Shown: positions 1 to 10,124 of the stretch, in pieces
Numbering within the stretch: the stretch's first letter is position 1
Layout of the letters: the number at the start of each line of letters is the position of its first letter
Assembly: GCA_963665115.1 (NCBI GenBank)
Contig: OY762007.1
Span: forward strand, 4,992,001-5,056,000
DNA: 64,000 nucleotides
Direction: 5' to 3'
DNA from: an uncultured Rivularia sp.
Lineage (GTDB): Bacteria > Cyanobacteriota > Cyanobacteriia > Cyanobacteriales > Nostocaceae
Translations under genes and position numbers: made by a program
The notes under the pieces: generated by a model
The model's database searches: none
Told to the model about the DNA's origin: nothing
Seen by the model: the letters and a program-made list of their open reading frames with translations, nothing else

Positions 1-456
1 GCCGTGGCCATAGGAATTATTAATTGGCAAGGAAGCGAAACTGTTTTTCTCAGTTCGTTACTTATCTTGGGTTACGTCGCAAGTTTCTGCACCAAGCTTT
101 CCGATACCTGTGCTAGTGAAGTTGGGAAAGCCTACGGTAAGCGGACTTTTTTGATTACCACTTTACAGTCAGTGCCCAGAGGAACCGAAGGAGCAGTCAG
201 CCTCGAAGGAACCCTTGCTGGAATCTTCGCTTCGGTGGTGCTGGCAATGCTTGGTTGGGGAGTTGGTTTAATCGATGTATGGGGTATTATATGGTGTGTA
301 TTGGCAGCATTTATTGCCACTAATTTAGAAAGCGTAATTGGAGCGACTTTGCAATCCCGATGGCAGTGGTTAACTAATGAATTAGTTAATGTTCTCAACA
401 CCTTGATAGGAGCTGCTGCTGCAATGCTATTTGCATGGATAATGGCAAATGTTTGA
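1..456 (+). CDS. DUF92 / TIGR00297 family membrane protein (5' end lies outside the window)
   Basis: Motifs TKLSDTCASEVGK, GTEGAVSLEGT and ESVIGATLQ..WLTNELVN..NT; several hydrophobic helices. Confidence 0.85.
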   Translation, partial: AVAIGIINWQGSETVFLSSLLILGYVASFCTKLSDTCASEVGKAYGKRTFLITTLQSVPRGTEGAVSLEGTLAGIFASVVLAMLGWGVGLIDVWGIIWCVLAAFIATNLESVIGATLQSRWQWLTNELVNVLNTLIGAAAAMLFAWIMANV

Positions 457-665
457 AATATAATGTTTTCTTACATAGAAGTTGTTAAAAAATCGGTAAC
501 TCTACAAGTATTTGTACGCAGCATTTATCAAGATTTGTTGCGCTATTGCTGTAAGACAACTTTGCATTCTTCGCAGCATTATCCTTCCGCCCGTGTCAGT
601 TGAATACGATTGCTTTTGATTTTAGCTCTGTATATTTTTTCAGGTATTTTCTAAGTATTAAGTTT

Positions 666-1424
666 ATGGAATCTTCATCGTTTTTAACTGTTGATGACCG
701 GCTCATTTCAGTAAAGCAGGCAGTACAACACTTACAGATTAGTGGAAAATTAGGTCAGTTTATTAGGGATATTCTGCGTCAGGATGTAATCGAACAAGAA
801 ATTGAAGCAAGAGAAGAAATTGAACTTTCCCCCGCTTTAACCGAACAAGCAATTATTGATTTTCGGCTCAAGAATGGGCTTAGCGAGCAACAGAAGTTTC
901 AGGATTGGTTAAACAATAGCGGTACCGATTATGGTACGTTTCACTCCACAGTTGCTTTTGGGTTTAAGTTAGAGAAACTTAAAACTTTAGTGGCAGAGCC
1001 AAAAATTGCAGAATATTTTATTGAAAGAAAGATTTTTTTAGATAGGGTGGTACTTTCTCGGATTATTGTTGATAATCGAGAGTTAGCTGAGGAGTTACAC
1101 ACCCAAATCGAAGAAGGAACTGGTTTTGAGCAGCTAGCTAGGGAATATTCGGTTTCTGACGATAAGATTGTCAACGGCATGATGGGACCAGTCAGCCGCG
1201 GAACAATGCCGGATAAACTTCGAGCAGCTGTAGATGTAGCCACTCCTGGGGATATTTTAGGTCCTGTAGAACTAGAGGAACGATATGGATTGTTTCGCTT
1301 GGAACAGCTATTACCAGCATCATTAGAAGATACTCAACTTAAGCAAGCACTACAAAATGAACTGTTTGAGAAATGGCTAGCAGAGAAAATTCAAAAGCTG
1401 ACAGTCAAACTGCAAGTAAAATAA
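666..1424 (+). CDS. PpiC/parvulin-type peptidyl-prolyl isomerase-like protein linked to a type I secretion ATPase
   Basis: FEQLAREYS...GMMGPV rotamase signature; ATG at 666 preferred over TTG at 600; overlaps the downstream ABC transporter gene. Confidence 0.8.
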   Translation: MESSSFLTVDDRLISVKQAVQHLQISGKLGQFIRDILRQDVIEQEIEAREEIELSPALTEQAIIDFRLKNGLSEQQKFQDWLNNSGTDYGTFHSTVAFGFKLEKLKTLVAEPKIAEYFIERKIFLDRVVLSRIIVDNRELAEELHTQIEEGTGFEQLAREYSVSDDKIVNGMMGPVSRGTMPDKLRAAVDVATPGDILGPVELEERYGLFRLEQLLPASLEDTQLKQALQNELFEKWLAEKIQKLTVKLQVK

Positions 1425-4126
1425 ACGTTTCAAATAAGGTTTCAGATAATCAATCATTACAAGCAACAGTGTTAGCTTCGCCCTTCTGGAACCAACCACC
1501 TTTATGCTGGCTGAGTGACGAACAAAAAACCCTGTTGCAAAACCAATCGGATATTCTTGATTTTCGTTTGGGAGAGAAAATTTGGTACCAAGAAGCAGTT
1601 GGTTATCAATTTCTCATTGTTTCAGGTAAAGTTCGCCTGCGTGAAGAAGGCATTGGTAAACCTTTAGCGACCTTAAAACCAGGACAATGGTTCGGCGACT
1701 TAAATAATTATCCCACAGAATGTAAAGCTGTAGCAGCGAGTAAAGAAGTTTTAGTGCTGCGTACCAGTACGGATTTATGGGCAGAATTATCAACCCCGCA
1801 GATTGAACAGTTTTGGCATGGGGAGGAGACGAGTGCAGAAGGAGACAAGGAGACAAGGGGACAACGGGAGGATATAGAAATAAATTCTCCCCCACGCCAC
1901 TTTGCTCAACGGGGGGAACCCCCGCACGCAAGTGGTTCCTCTTCCCCCTCTTCCCCCTCTTCCCCCTCTCCCCCTCCCCCCATTCTCCCCACCCATCCCA
2001 TCACATCCGGTTATCCCTTCGTCTCCAGCGCCAACAGTGCTGCTGCTTGCTTGACAATGGTGGCGCAGTATTTGGAAATTTCGGTGAAGTTGGAGTGGGT
2101 ACAGCGTCAAGTGCGATCGCAACGTCCCAAACAAGTTATCGAAGCTGCTGAAAAGCTGGGTTTGGTGCTGCGGAGGTTACAGGTTGATTGGGATGATTTA
2201 CAAAAACTTTCTTTTCCAGCTTTATTGTTGTGGGGTAATTCGGAGCAAGCTAATTGGGTGGTTGCTTATGCACGTAAAGGCAATAACTTGATTGTTGCTA
2301 ATCCGCAAAACCCCGATTTTACTTGCGAAAGCGTATCCCGTGAAGAACTTGAGAGCTTTTGGAATGGCTATTTATGGCAAGTAGAACAAACTCAAAAGCA
2401 AGAAAGGTTTAATTTAAGTTGGTTTTTACCAGCAGTTTGGCAATACAAAGGTTTACTTACAGAAGTATTGCTGGCATCTTTCACTTTGCAGTTGCTGGGA
2501 TTAACCACACCGCTAATTACTCAAGTCATCATCGATAAAGTCATGGTGCAAGAGAGTTTAGCCACTCTCGACGTAATGGCGATCGCCCTCCTCTTAGTAG
2601 CGGTATTTGAGTCGTTGCTGGGTATTCTACGTTTATTTATTTTTACCCATACAGCACGTCGCTTGGATTTGAGTTTGTCAGCGCAGCTATTTCGCCACTT
2701 GATGCGCTTGCCTTTATCTTATTTCGAGTCACGACGGGTAGGAGATACCGTAGCAAGGGTTCAAGAATTAGAACAAATCCGTCAGTTTCTCACGGGTACG
2801 GCATTAACAGTAGTTCTTGACAGTATATTTGCTGTAGTTTACCTGGTACTAATGTTTTACTACAGCAGTACACTTACCTTTGTAGCGCTGGCAGTACTGC
2901 CGTTATTTGCCATATTAACCCTGACAGCAACGCCAATTCTCCGCAAATGGCTGAACGAAACTTTTAATAGAAGCGCTGACAGTCAATCATTCCTAGTAGA
3001 AACAATTACGGGAATTCACTCGGTAAAAGCACACGCAGCCGAACCTGCAACCAGGGATAGATGGGAAGGTTTATTTGCGCGGTTTATTCGTACTGGTTTC
3101 AAAGCTTCCACAACTTCCAATATCAGCAGTAACATCGGCGACTTTCTGACCAAATTTTCTAGCCTGTTGATACTTTGGTTTGGAGCCAAATTAGTTATTG
3201 ATGGCAACTTTACCGTAGGGCAATTAGTAGCTTTTCAAATGCTTTCCGGAAGAGTTACCGGACCTTTATTAAGATTAGTTCAACTGTGGCAAAATTTACA
3301 GCAAGTACTGTTATCGGTAGATAGAATCGGCGACATTCTCAACGTTTCCCCAGAAGCTGAACCGGGAACCGGATTAGTACTGCCACCCCTCGAAGGTGAA
3401 GTCACATTCGATCAAGTATTCTTCCGTTACAAAGCTAATACCGAACCAATTCTCAAAGGGATTTCCTTTCACGTAGAACCCGGTCAATTTGTCGGTATAG
3501 TCGGACGAAGCGGTTCCGGCAAAAGCACGCTTTCCAAACTGCTACAGCGGCTTTATCAAATTGAATCCGGACGTATTTTAATTGATGGTTTCGAGCTTAA
3601 AAGCGTTGACTTAGCTTCCTTGCGGCAACAGATAGGCGTGGTTTTGCAAGAAGACTTTTTGTTTAACGGCAGCATCCTAGAAAATATAACTTTAGGAAAC
3701 CCCGAAATCGGTGCCGAGCAAGTAGTGCAAGCCGCAAGAATGGCAGTAGCTCACGACTTCATCAGCGAACTACCCCAAGGCTACGAAAGCAACGTCGGTG
3801 AAAGAGGTACCGCATTATCCGGTGGGCAAAGACAGCGCGTTGCTTTAGCCAGATTATTCCTTTTGCAAACACCAATATTAATTTTGGACGAAGCAACCAG
3901 CGCATTAGATAGCGAAACTGAACAACAGGTATTGCAAAACTTACAAAATACCACCGAAGATAAAACGGTATTTTTAATTGCCCATCGTTTCGCACCATTG
4001 AAACGCGCCGACATGATTTTGGTGATGGAAAAAGGAATTATTGTTGAAAGAGGAACCCACGATGAATTATTGCAGCAGAAAGGGTTGTATTATTCCCTTT
4101 ATCAAAAGCAGCAAATGAACGTTTAA
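1373..4126 (+). CDS. Type I secretion permease/ATPase, HlyB-like (cNMP-binding, C39-like, ABC membrane and nucleotide-binding domains)
   Basis: Walker A GRSGSGKS, signature LSGGQRQR, Walker B ILILDEATSALD; FESRRVGD..ARV.EL..IRQFLTG; C39-like AAACLTMV. Confidence 0.9.
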   Translation: MASRENSKADSQTASKINVSNKVSDNQSLQATVLASPFWNQPPLCWLSDEQKTLLQNQSDILDFRLGEKIWYQEAVGYQFLIVSGKVRLREEGIGKPLATLKPGQWFGDLNNYPTECKAVAASKEVLVLRTSTDLWAELSTPQIEQFWHGEETSAEGDKETRGQREDIEINSPPRHFAQRGEPPHASGSSSPSSPSSPSPPPPILPTHPITSGYPFVSSANSAAACLTMVAQYLEISVKLEWVQRQVRSQRPKQVIEAAEKLGLVLRRLQVDWDDLQKLSFPALLLWGNSEQANWVVAYARKGNNLIVANPQNPDFTCESVSREELESFWNGYLWQVEQTQKQERFNLSWFLPAVWQYKGLLTEVLLASFTLQLLGLTTPLITQVIIDKVMVQESLATLDVMAIALLLVAVFESLLGILRLFIFTHTARRLDLSLSAQLFRHLMRLPLSYFESRRVGDTVARVQELEQIRQFLTGTALTVVLDSIFAVVYLVLMFYYSSTLTFVALAVLPLFAILTLTATPILRKWLNETFNRSADSQSFLVETITGIHSVKAHAAEPATRDRWEGLFARFIRTGFKASTTSNISSNIGDFLTKFSSLLILWFGAKLVIDGNFTVGQLVAFQMLSGRVTGPLLRLVQLWQNLQQVLLSVDRIGDILNVSPEAEPGTGLVLPPLEGEVTFDQVFFRYKANTEPILKGISFHVEPGQFVGIVGRSGSGKSTLSKLLQRLYQIESGRILIDGFELKSVDLASLRQQIGVVLQEDFLFNGSILENITLGNPEIGAEQVVQAARMAVAHDFISELPQGYESNVGERGTALSGGQRQRVALARLFLLQTPILILDEATSALDSETEQQVLQNLQNTTEDKTVFLIAHRFAPLKRADMILVMEKGIIVERGTHDELLQQKGLYYSLYQKQQMNV
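1822..2005 (+). repeat. In-frame low-complexity and structured dispersed-repeat insert in the HlyB-like gene linker
   Basis: GGAGACAA and TTCCCCCTC runs flank the hairpin CCACTTTGC..CGGGGG-GAA-CCCCCG..GCAAGTGG at 1897-1935. Confidence 0.8.
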
Positions 4127-4294
4127 AAGAGTTAGTGGTTAGTTGTTAGTTGATAGTTGTTAGTTTTGTAGGGGAGGCAAAATGGGGTGTAGATTCTCTT
4201 CCCCCATTATTGCCGTTGTGTAACGGCTTGAATATTTATTAATAGAAACTGTAAATTTAAAAATGCCGTTACGCACCATTAACTTACCGAAAAA

Positions 4295-4475
4295 TCTCTC
4301 ATTACTTTTTCCTCTGCGCTCTCTGCACGCCACTTGCCTGACTGTCGGGAAACCCCTCCGGGTGAAACACTTTGCTTATGCCGGGGAACTCGTCCACCGC
4401 AAGTGTTTCACCGCCCAACGCAGTGGCTTGTCAAGCATCGGTTTTTTCTCCTTAATAATCTTCCGCTAAAACGAG
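4295..4475 (+). repeat. Structured dispersed repeat (SDR/MITE-like), left arm of an inverted pair, with a nested 57-nt insert at 4356-4412
   Basis: CCTCTGCGCTCTCTGCACGCCACTTGC...GTCGGGAAACCC[57 nt]GCCCAACGCAGTGGCTTGTC matches the reverse complement of 5684-5750. Confidence 0.85.
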
Positions 4476-4482
4476 TAAAATA

Positions 4483-5088
4483 TCACTTTAATTTACTTTT
4501 GACATAACTGATTCCATTATCAAACCTAAATAACATTAAGCAGTCATATGAATTTAACGATTCTTTAATATCTGGATCATCAAAATCTTTAGAGTTTCTA
4601 TTCAAAAAACAACGCTGTCTTTCATCTGACTTCTTTATATGGTCAGGTACTGAAGCGTACACTATAGAGTCTTGAGGTTCGAGATTATATTCTGACTGAT
4701 ATTTGATAGCTTCTGTAAGTATTTCCGCTGTTAAAGGAATAATTTTACAAACCTCTAATATTTTTTCTATCAAAGCATCAAGCCTTCGCTTTTGTTCTTC
4801 TTGGCTGCTTATCAAAAATGCTGTAGTATCCTCAAAAGTACGGATTTGTTCTTGATAAGGTAGCGAGCGACTTAATTGAGAAAGTTCCTTTTTCAAATCC
4901 TGAGATAATTTCTGACGTTTCTTATTATTACGAATAAGCGTTTCATATGGTTCTGCTAAACTAAAGGCAGGTACAATCAAAGTTATTTGTTTTACTTGTG
5001 CTAAATCGAGTAACTCTTGACAACTTTCGTGTTGTTCTTGTAGAAGCGCAAGTTCTAAAACAAAATTAGATTCTACGTAAACATTCAT
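4483..5088 (-). CDS. PIN-domain protein (putative RNase/toxin)
   Basis: N-terminal VYVESNFVLE, conserved E in LAEPY, D in PQDSIVYAS, C-terminal FLNRNSKDF: PIN acidic-residue pattern. Confidence 0.75.
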   Translation of the reverse strand: MNVYVESNFVLELALLQEQHESCQELLDLAQVKQITLIVPAFSLAEPYETLIRNNKKRQKLSQDLKKELSQLSRSLPYQEQIRTFEDTTAFLISSQEEQKRRLDALIEKILEVCKIIPLTAEILTEAIKYQSEYNLEPQDSIVYASVPDHIKKSDERQRCFLNRNSKDFDDPDIKESLNSYDCLMLFRFDNGISYVKSKLK

Positions 5089-5093
5089 GTAAA

Positions 5094-5549
5094 TTACACC
5101 AGCACAGAAGATTCTATATAACCACCATGAATTACATCAAACAACCCCGAATCAATCAGCCAATCTTGGTAATCGAGCGAAAGCAAATCAACCGATGGTA
5201 CAGTAATAATTTGTGTTAACCATGAAGAAACTATTAACTCCAAACTTGCTCCAGAAATCTTAGATGGTGAAACATGAGCTTTTCTGTAATATGGCTCTAG
5301 AAAAAATAAGAAATTAATTTCATAAGTTGGCTCTATAGCTTCAATTGAAATACCGACATCTTTCCACAAATAAAATTTATCTGAAAGTGCTAATAAAAAA
5401 AAGCGTGTTTCCGGTAATAACCCGTGAGCATACATATTACGACGCATTTGAGCAGCCCAATTGCTAGACGTACCGTGTCTACTTTTTACTTCAACCAAAA
5501 GTTGTAAATTTTTATCTTTTCCGTATACTGCTATATCCGCATAATTCAT
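5094..5549 (-). CDS. Hypothetical protein with a PD-(D/E)XK-like motif
   Basis: ADIAVY...LLVEVKSR; ends 5 nt upstream of the PIN gene. Confidence 0.55.
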   Translation of the reverse strand: MNYADIAVYGKDKNLQLLVEVKSRHGTSSNWAAQMRRNMYAHGLLPETRFFLLALSDKFYLWKDVGISIEAIEPTYEINFLFFLEPYYRKAHVSPSKISGASLELIVSSWLTQIITVPSVDLLSLDYQDWLIDSGLFDVIHGGYIESSVLV

Positions 5550-5644
5550 TCATATCACCTGAATTTCATATTTTATAACTCTTTTATTTTAAATTACTCT
5601 TTGGGTGTTTCTACACGAAAGAAGTTGTCTGCTTTTACATCAAT

Positions 5645-5765
5645 TCGTTTGTTAGAGAAAATTATTGATTAAAAAACCGCAGAGACAAGCCACTGCGTTG
5701 GGCGGGTTTCCCGACTTGTAGCAAGTGGCGTGCGGAGAGCGCAGAGGAAAGAAATACAGAGAAAT
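5645..5765 (-). repeat. Structured dispersed repeat, right arm of the inverted pair (no nested insert)
   Basis: GACAAGCCACTGCGTTGGGCGGGTTTCCCGAC...GCAAGTGGCGTGCGGAGAGCGCAGAGGAAA. Confidence 0.85.
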
Positions 5766-5910
5766 ATTCTTCCTAAACAAGATATTTAAACCATCCGGAA
5801 TAATACCTAAAAAATTGTATTCAGAAGAGCGTTGTAGTTAAATTTACTGTTGCAATCCAATAAAAAGCTACACCTCAGATAATCTAATTATTTTGTATTA
5901 TTTCCCAGTT

Positions 5911-8900
5911 ATGGTTAAATATCAGGGCTTCTTTAAACAATCTTTTATACTTTTTCCTATTACGTTTCTGCTGATATTTTTTCTTTCCTTTCCTTGGGTA
6001 AATGCTCAACAAATACCAAAGCCGAAGCAGTGGCAGATTAACGGCATTGCGGCTGCTTTAGATGATGATTATGATGTAGTAAAAAAAGATGCTTGGAGCA
6101 AATTATCAGAATATGAAGCTCAAGATTTAAAACTTTTACTCAGGAAACGGTCGGATGTTGCTAAAAAAGCTATTAATATTCTCAAAGATAAATCGGTTGA
6201 CTCAGAAATTCGTGGCAGTGCAGCAGTAGCGTTAGAGAAGATGGGAGATGCTGCCAAACCATATGTTAAAGATATTGCCGATATTCTCAAAAATAAATCA
6301 GTTGACTGGTATGTTCGTAGGAATGCAGCAGTCGCGTTAGGGAATATGGGAGATGCTGCCAAACCATACGTTAAAGATATTGCCGATATTCTCAAAAATA
6401 AATCAGTTAACTGGAATGTTCGTAGGAATGCAGCACAAGCATTAGGAGATATGGAGGATGCTGCCAAACCTTATGTCAAAGATATTCTCGACTTTCTTAA
6501 AGATAAATCCGTTGACTCACTAGTTCGTAATAATGCAGCATATGCATTAAGAAATATGGGAGATGCTGCTAAACCTTATGTCAAAGATATTACCGATATT
6601 CTCAAAGATAAATCCGTTGACTCACTAATTCGTGATAATGCAGCATATGCATTGGGAAATATGGGAGATGCTGCCAAACCCTACGTTAAAGATATCCTCA
6701 ATATAATCAAAGATAAATCCGTTGACTCACTAATTCGTAGTAATGCAGCAGAGGTATTAGGAAATATGGGAGATGCTGCCAAACCCTACGTTAAAGATAT
6801 CCTCAATATAATCAAAGATAAATCTGTTGACTCAGGAATTCGTAGTAGTGCAGCAGAGGCATTAGGAAATATGGGAGATGTTGCCAAACCCTACGTTAAA
6901 GATATCCTCAATATAATCAAAGATAAATCTGTTGACTCAGAATTTGGTATTTTTGACTCAACAGTTCCTATCAATGCAGCACAAGCTTTAGGCAATATGG
7001 GGGATGCTGCGAAACCCTACATTAAAGACATCCTCAATATAATCAAAGATAAATCTGTTGACTCAGATGTTCGTAGTGGTGCAGCGCAAGCATTGGGGAA
7101 TATACGACAATTAGAACTAAAAGAAGTTGTTATCGTTCTTGATAATATCTATTTCGATGGTCATCTAATTATTCCAAAATGGCGTTTCTTAACCTACTAC
7201 CTTGCTGGTGGTACCGACGAAGTAAAAACCCTACTCAAATGGACTGGTTTCCCCAAAAAAGTCCCCGATAAACTAACTCACAAGGAAGCCGTTGCAACCC
7301 TAAAAATCTTCGCCAAAGTATGGCAACCCACCCAAGATTTACCTAGATTACGAAATGATTTAGCAAGAAAGATTGCTTTAGTCGCAAAAAGAGCATCTTG
7401 GCAACCCCAAGACATTATCCTACTCGAACAACATCACCGCAGCCTCCAACAAGCACGTTATAGCGAAGCCGATACCCTACAGTCGGTAATCATTAACGTC
7501 AAGGGTTGGAGATGGTTTTTTAACTTCAGAAATATCATCTTAATCCATGCTGCTTTCTGGCTGTTACTCATCTTCGCTTACCCCAAATCTCCCCAAATCC
7601 AAGCTATCTTTTTCTGGAATCCTTGGGTAAGACGCATTTTTGGTATGGGTTATGTCGGCTTTCTCCTTGCTTGGATTCCCTTTCTTCGTCGTAAATTATT
7701 TCAACCTTTCCAACCTTCTTTACTTGCTGATGCTGGTTTAAACAACTTTGACGAACAAGTATATTTTCCCGAATCTGGTGTTTCAGAAACGCAAAAAACC
7801 GAATCTTCATCAAAAATTACCCCAATTTCCCAAGCAATTCCCAATATCCAAGGTGAAATTGTACTGCAAGGAGATTCCGGTTTGGGTAAATCGATGTTTC
7901 TCCGCTACCTTGCGAAAACCTCGAAACGAATTGTCGTATATTTACCCGCTCGCAAGTGCGATAAAGGTGTAATTGAAGCGATTCAAATCAAGCTGCACGG
8001 ACAAACACAAGATGCTCAATTTCTCAAAAACCTGATTTACAGCGGCGCGATTGATATCTGTATTGACGGGACTCAACGAAGTTTCCGCTGATACCCGCGC
8101 TCAAATTAAACAGTTTGTAGAAAGCTATTTCCGGGGTAATATTATCATCACTACCCAACCCTTGGAATGGGAACCACCTTCTACTGCTAAAACTTATTAT
8201 TTACAACCTTTACAAGAATCGCAAATTCAACAGTTTCTATATTCTCGCGAACTACATCTTCCCCATGATGCCAAAATCAAAGGTAGCGATTACCAAAAAA
8301 ATTGCGATCGCTATCTTGATAAAAGCTTGAATACTCCACAAACACCAGAAGAATTAACCGCTGTCAAACGGATTCTTTCCAACCCAATGGATTTAACGTT
8401 AGTTGCTCTGATGCTTTCCCAAGGGGAACATCCCGATTTATTCCACCTGCAAGAACAACAATACAACTTGATGGCAGAAGAATACGAACGATTTTGGAAA
8501 CAGGATTTTCCCCTCAAACAGTTTTCCGAAGCCGTTTATCAAATGCGGGTTAATGATGAAAGCGCTTTACCAGATGATGAATTTTACAACGAATTAGTTT
8601 GTATGGAAGACGAGAAATACAAAATGGTAGTCAGCCGTCAGTGGCAAGATTGCTACGGTGAAGCTCAGAAAGAATGGTATTTTCGTCACGATAAAATCAT
8701 GGATTACTTTATCGTTCAAACCTTCCTCGGCGAAAATGATGAAGCAGAATCTAGATTAATAGATAACATTGGCGAGCCGCGTTTTCGCGGAGTTTATTTT
8801 CTTTTGGCAACTTTACTACGTTTGAATGAAGCTAAAGATTTACGAGAAAAGTTGATCGATTACGCAGCCGATACTAAAGACCATACCGTCAGCGATACTT

Positions 8901-8926
8901 TTGTACAATTGTTGAGAACAAGATGA
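5911..8926 (+). CDS. Signal peptide + HEAT-repeat + membrane segment(s) + NACHT/STAND-like NTPase protein, split by a +1 frameshift at 8068-8070
   Basis: 35-aa HEAT-like repeats; Walker A GDSGLGKS; Walker B ICIDGLNE is restored by removing one G from GGG at 8068-8070, joining ORFs 5893..8091 and 8051..8926. Confidence 0.8.
6175..7101 (+). repeat. Intragenic tandem repeat, 105-nt period, 8 full units plus a partial unit
   Basis: Unit starts at 6241, 6346, 6451, 6556, 6661, 6766, 6871 and 6997 (the unit starting at 6871 is 126 nt). Confidence 0.95.
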
Positions 8927-9057
8927 TTCAATTTTGGATTTTAGATTTTGGATGCAGGGATTTTAACAACGGATGTTTTTGTTTTGGATTGGGAGTTAGG
9001 AGTTAGGAGTGAGGAGTGAGGAATTAACAGTTATAGTTATTTCTTTGAAAAAATTGG

Positions 9058-9110
9058 TAGTGCGAGCATCTTGCTCGCTAGTATCGAGCGAGCAAGATGC
9101 TCGCACTACA
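9058..9110. repeat. REP-like palindrome
   Basis: GTAGTGCGAGCATCTTGCTCGCT...AGCGAGCAAGATGCTCGCACTAC; relatives at 26161-26217 and 34321-34406. Confidence 0.8.
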
Positions 9111-9202
9111 AAAATTCGTTAAGCATTGATAATTTCTCCCCATCTCCCCATCCCCCCCATCTCCCCCTCTTCCCCCTCTTCCCCCTCTCCCCCTCTCTAA
9201 AA

Positions 9203-9880
9203 TCACTCCCTCAAAACATACCCCACACCACGCACCGTTTTAATCAACCGCTTTTCATCATTCGCTTCCAATTTCAACCGCAAGTAACGCACGTAAACTT
9301 CAATGATGTTGGAGTCTCCCATGAAATCGTAACCCCAGACTTCTTCGAGGATTTTATCTCTGGTTATGACTTGTCGGGGATGTCTGAGTAAATATTCGAG
9401 TAAATCAAATTCTTTGGCTGTCAATTCAATTAATCGCCCGTTTCGGTAAACTTCCCTAGTTCCACGGTTTAATTTTAAATCTTCAAATTCTAAATTATCT
9501 TCGCTATCTTCGTTGGATTTACTGCGAATGCGTGCCCGTACCCTCGCTAATAATTCTTCTACACTGAATGGTTTTACTACATAATCATCCGCACCCGCAT
9601 CTAATCCAGCAACGCGATCGCTAACTTCGTCTTTAGCGGTTAACAAAATTATCGGTACTTTATCTCCGGTGCTTCGCAATCTCCGGCAAATTTCTAAGCC
9701 AGTCATTCCGGGTAGCATCCAGTCTAAGAGGATTAAATCGGGACTTGATTCCCGCGCCATAGTCAATCCGGTTAATCCGTCATTCGCAACGCTGACTTGA
9801 TAACCTTCAAAACCCAACTCTAATTCGACAAATTTTGCTAGCTTAACTTCGTCTTCTACAAGTAAGATGTGCGGTGTCAT
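9203..9880 (-). CDS. OmpR/PhoB-family response regulator
   Basis: [26 protein letters not shown], winged-helix IKTVRGVGY. Confidence 0.95.
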   Translation of the reverse strand: MTPHILLVEDEVKLAKFVELELGFEGYQVSVANDGLTGLTMARESSPDLILLDWMLPGMTGLEICRRLRSTGDKVPIILLTAKDEVSDRVAGLDAGADDYVVKPFSVEELLARVRARIRSKSNEDSEDNLEFEDLKLNRGTREVYRNGRLIELTAKEFDLLEYLLRHPRQVITRDKILEEVWGYDFMGDSNIIEVYVRYLRLKLEANDEKRLIKTVRGVGYVLRE

Positions 9881-10124
9881 AAAAGTAAAATATTCTAAAT
9901 ATATAAAATTGCTCTCTGCTGATTCTATGTATATATCATGATTTCTGTTTAATAATTGATGTTACAATAACTTCGCTTTTATCTGAGTAAAATTATTGTA
10001 TATTATTTATATTTATTGGAAAAAATATTGATATCTACCATCCAAACACTAGTATGCGATAAGAAAGTATTCTAAAATTCAAAAAAATTAATAATACTAT
10101 TAAATAATTAATTAGGAATCATCT

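Noticed and set aside
4263..4469. 68-aa ORF; likewise 11995..12219, 34174..34419, 41701..42000 and 9071..9391
   Set aside because: They run through dispersed repeat DNA or antisense to real genes; no protein-like features
6175..7101. Regularly spaced conserved/variable units resembling a CRISPR array or a DGR template/variable pair
   Set aside because: Units are in-frame 35-aa protein repeats; variable parts are homologous to each other, changes are not adenine-specific, and no cas or reverse transcriptase gene is present
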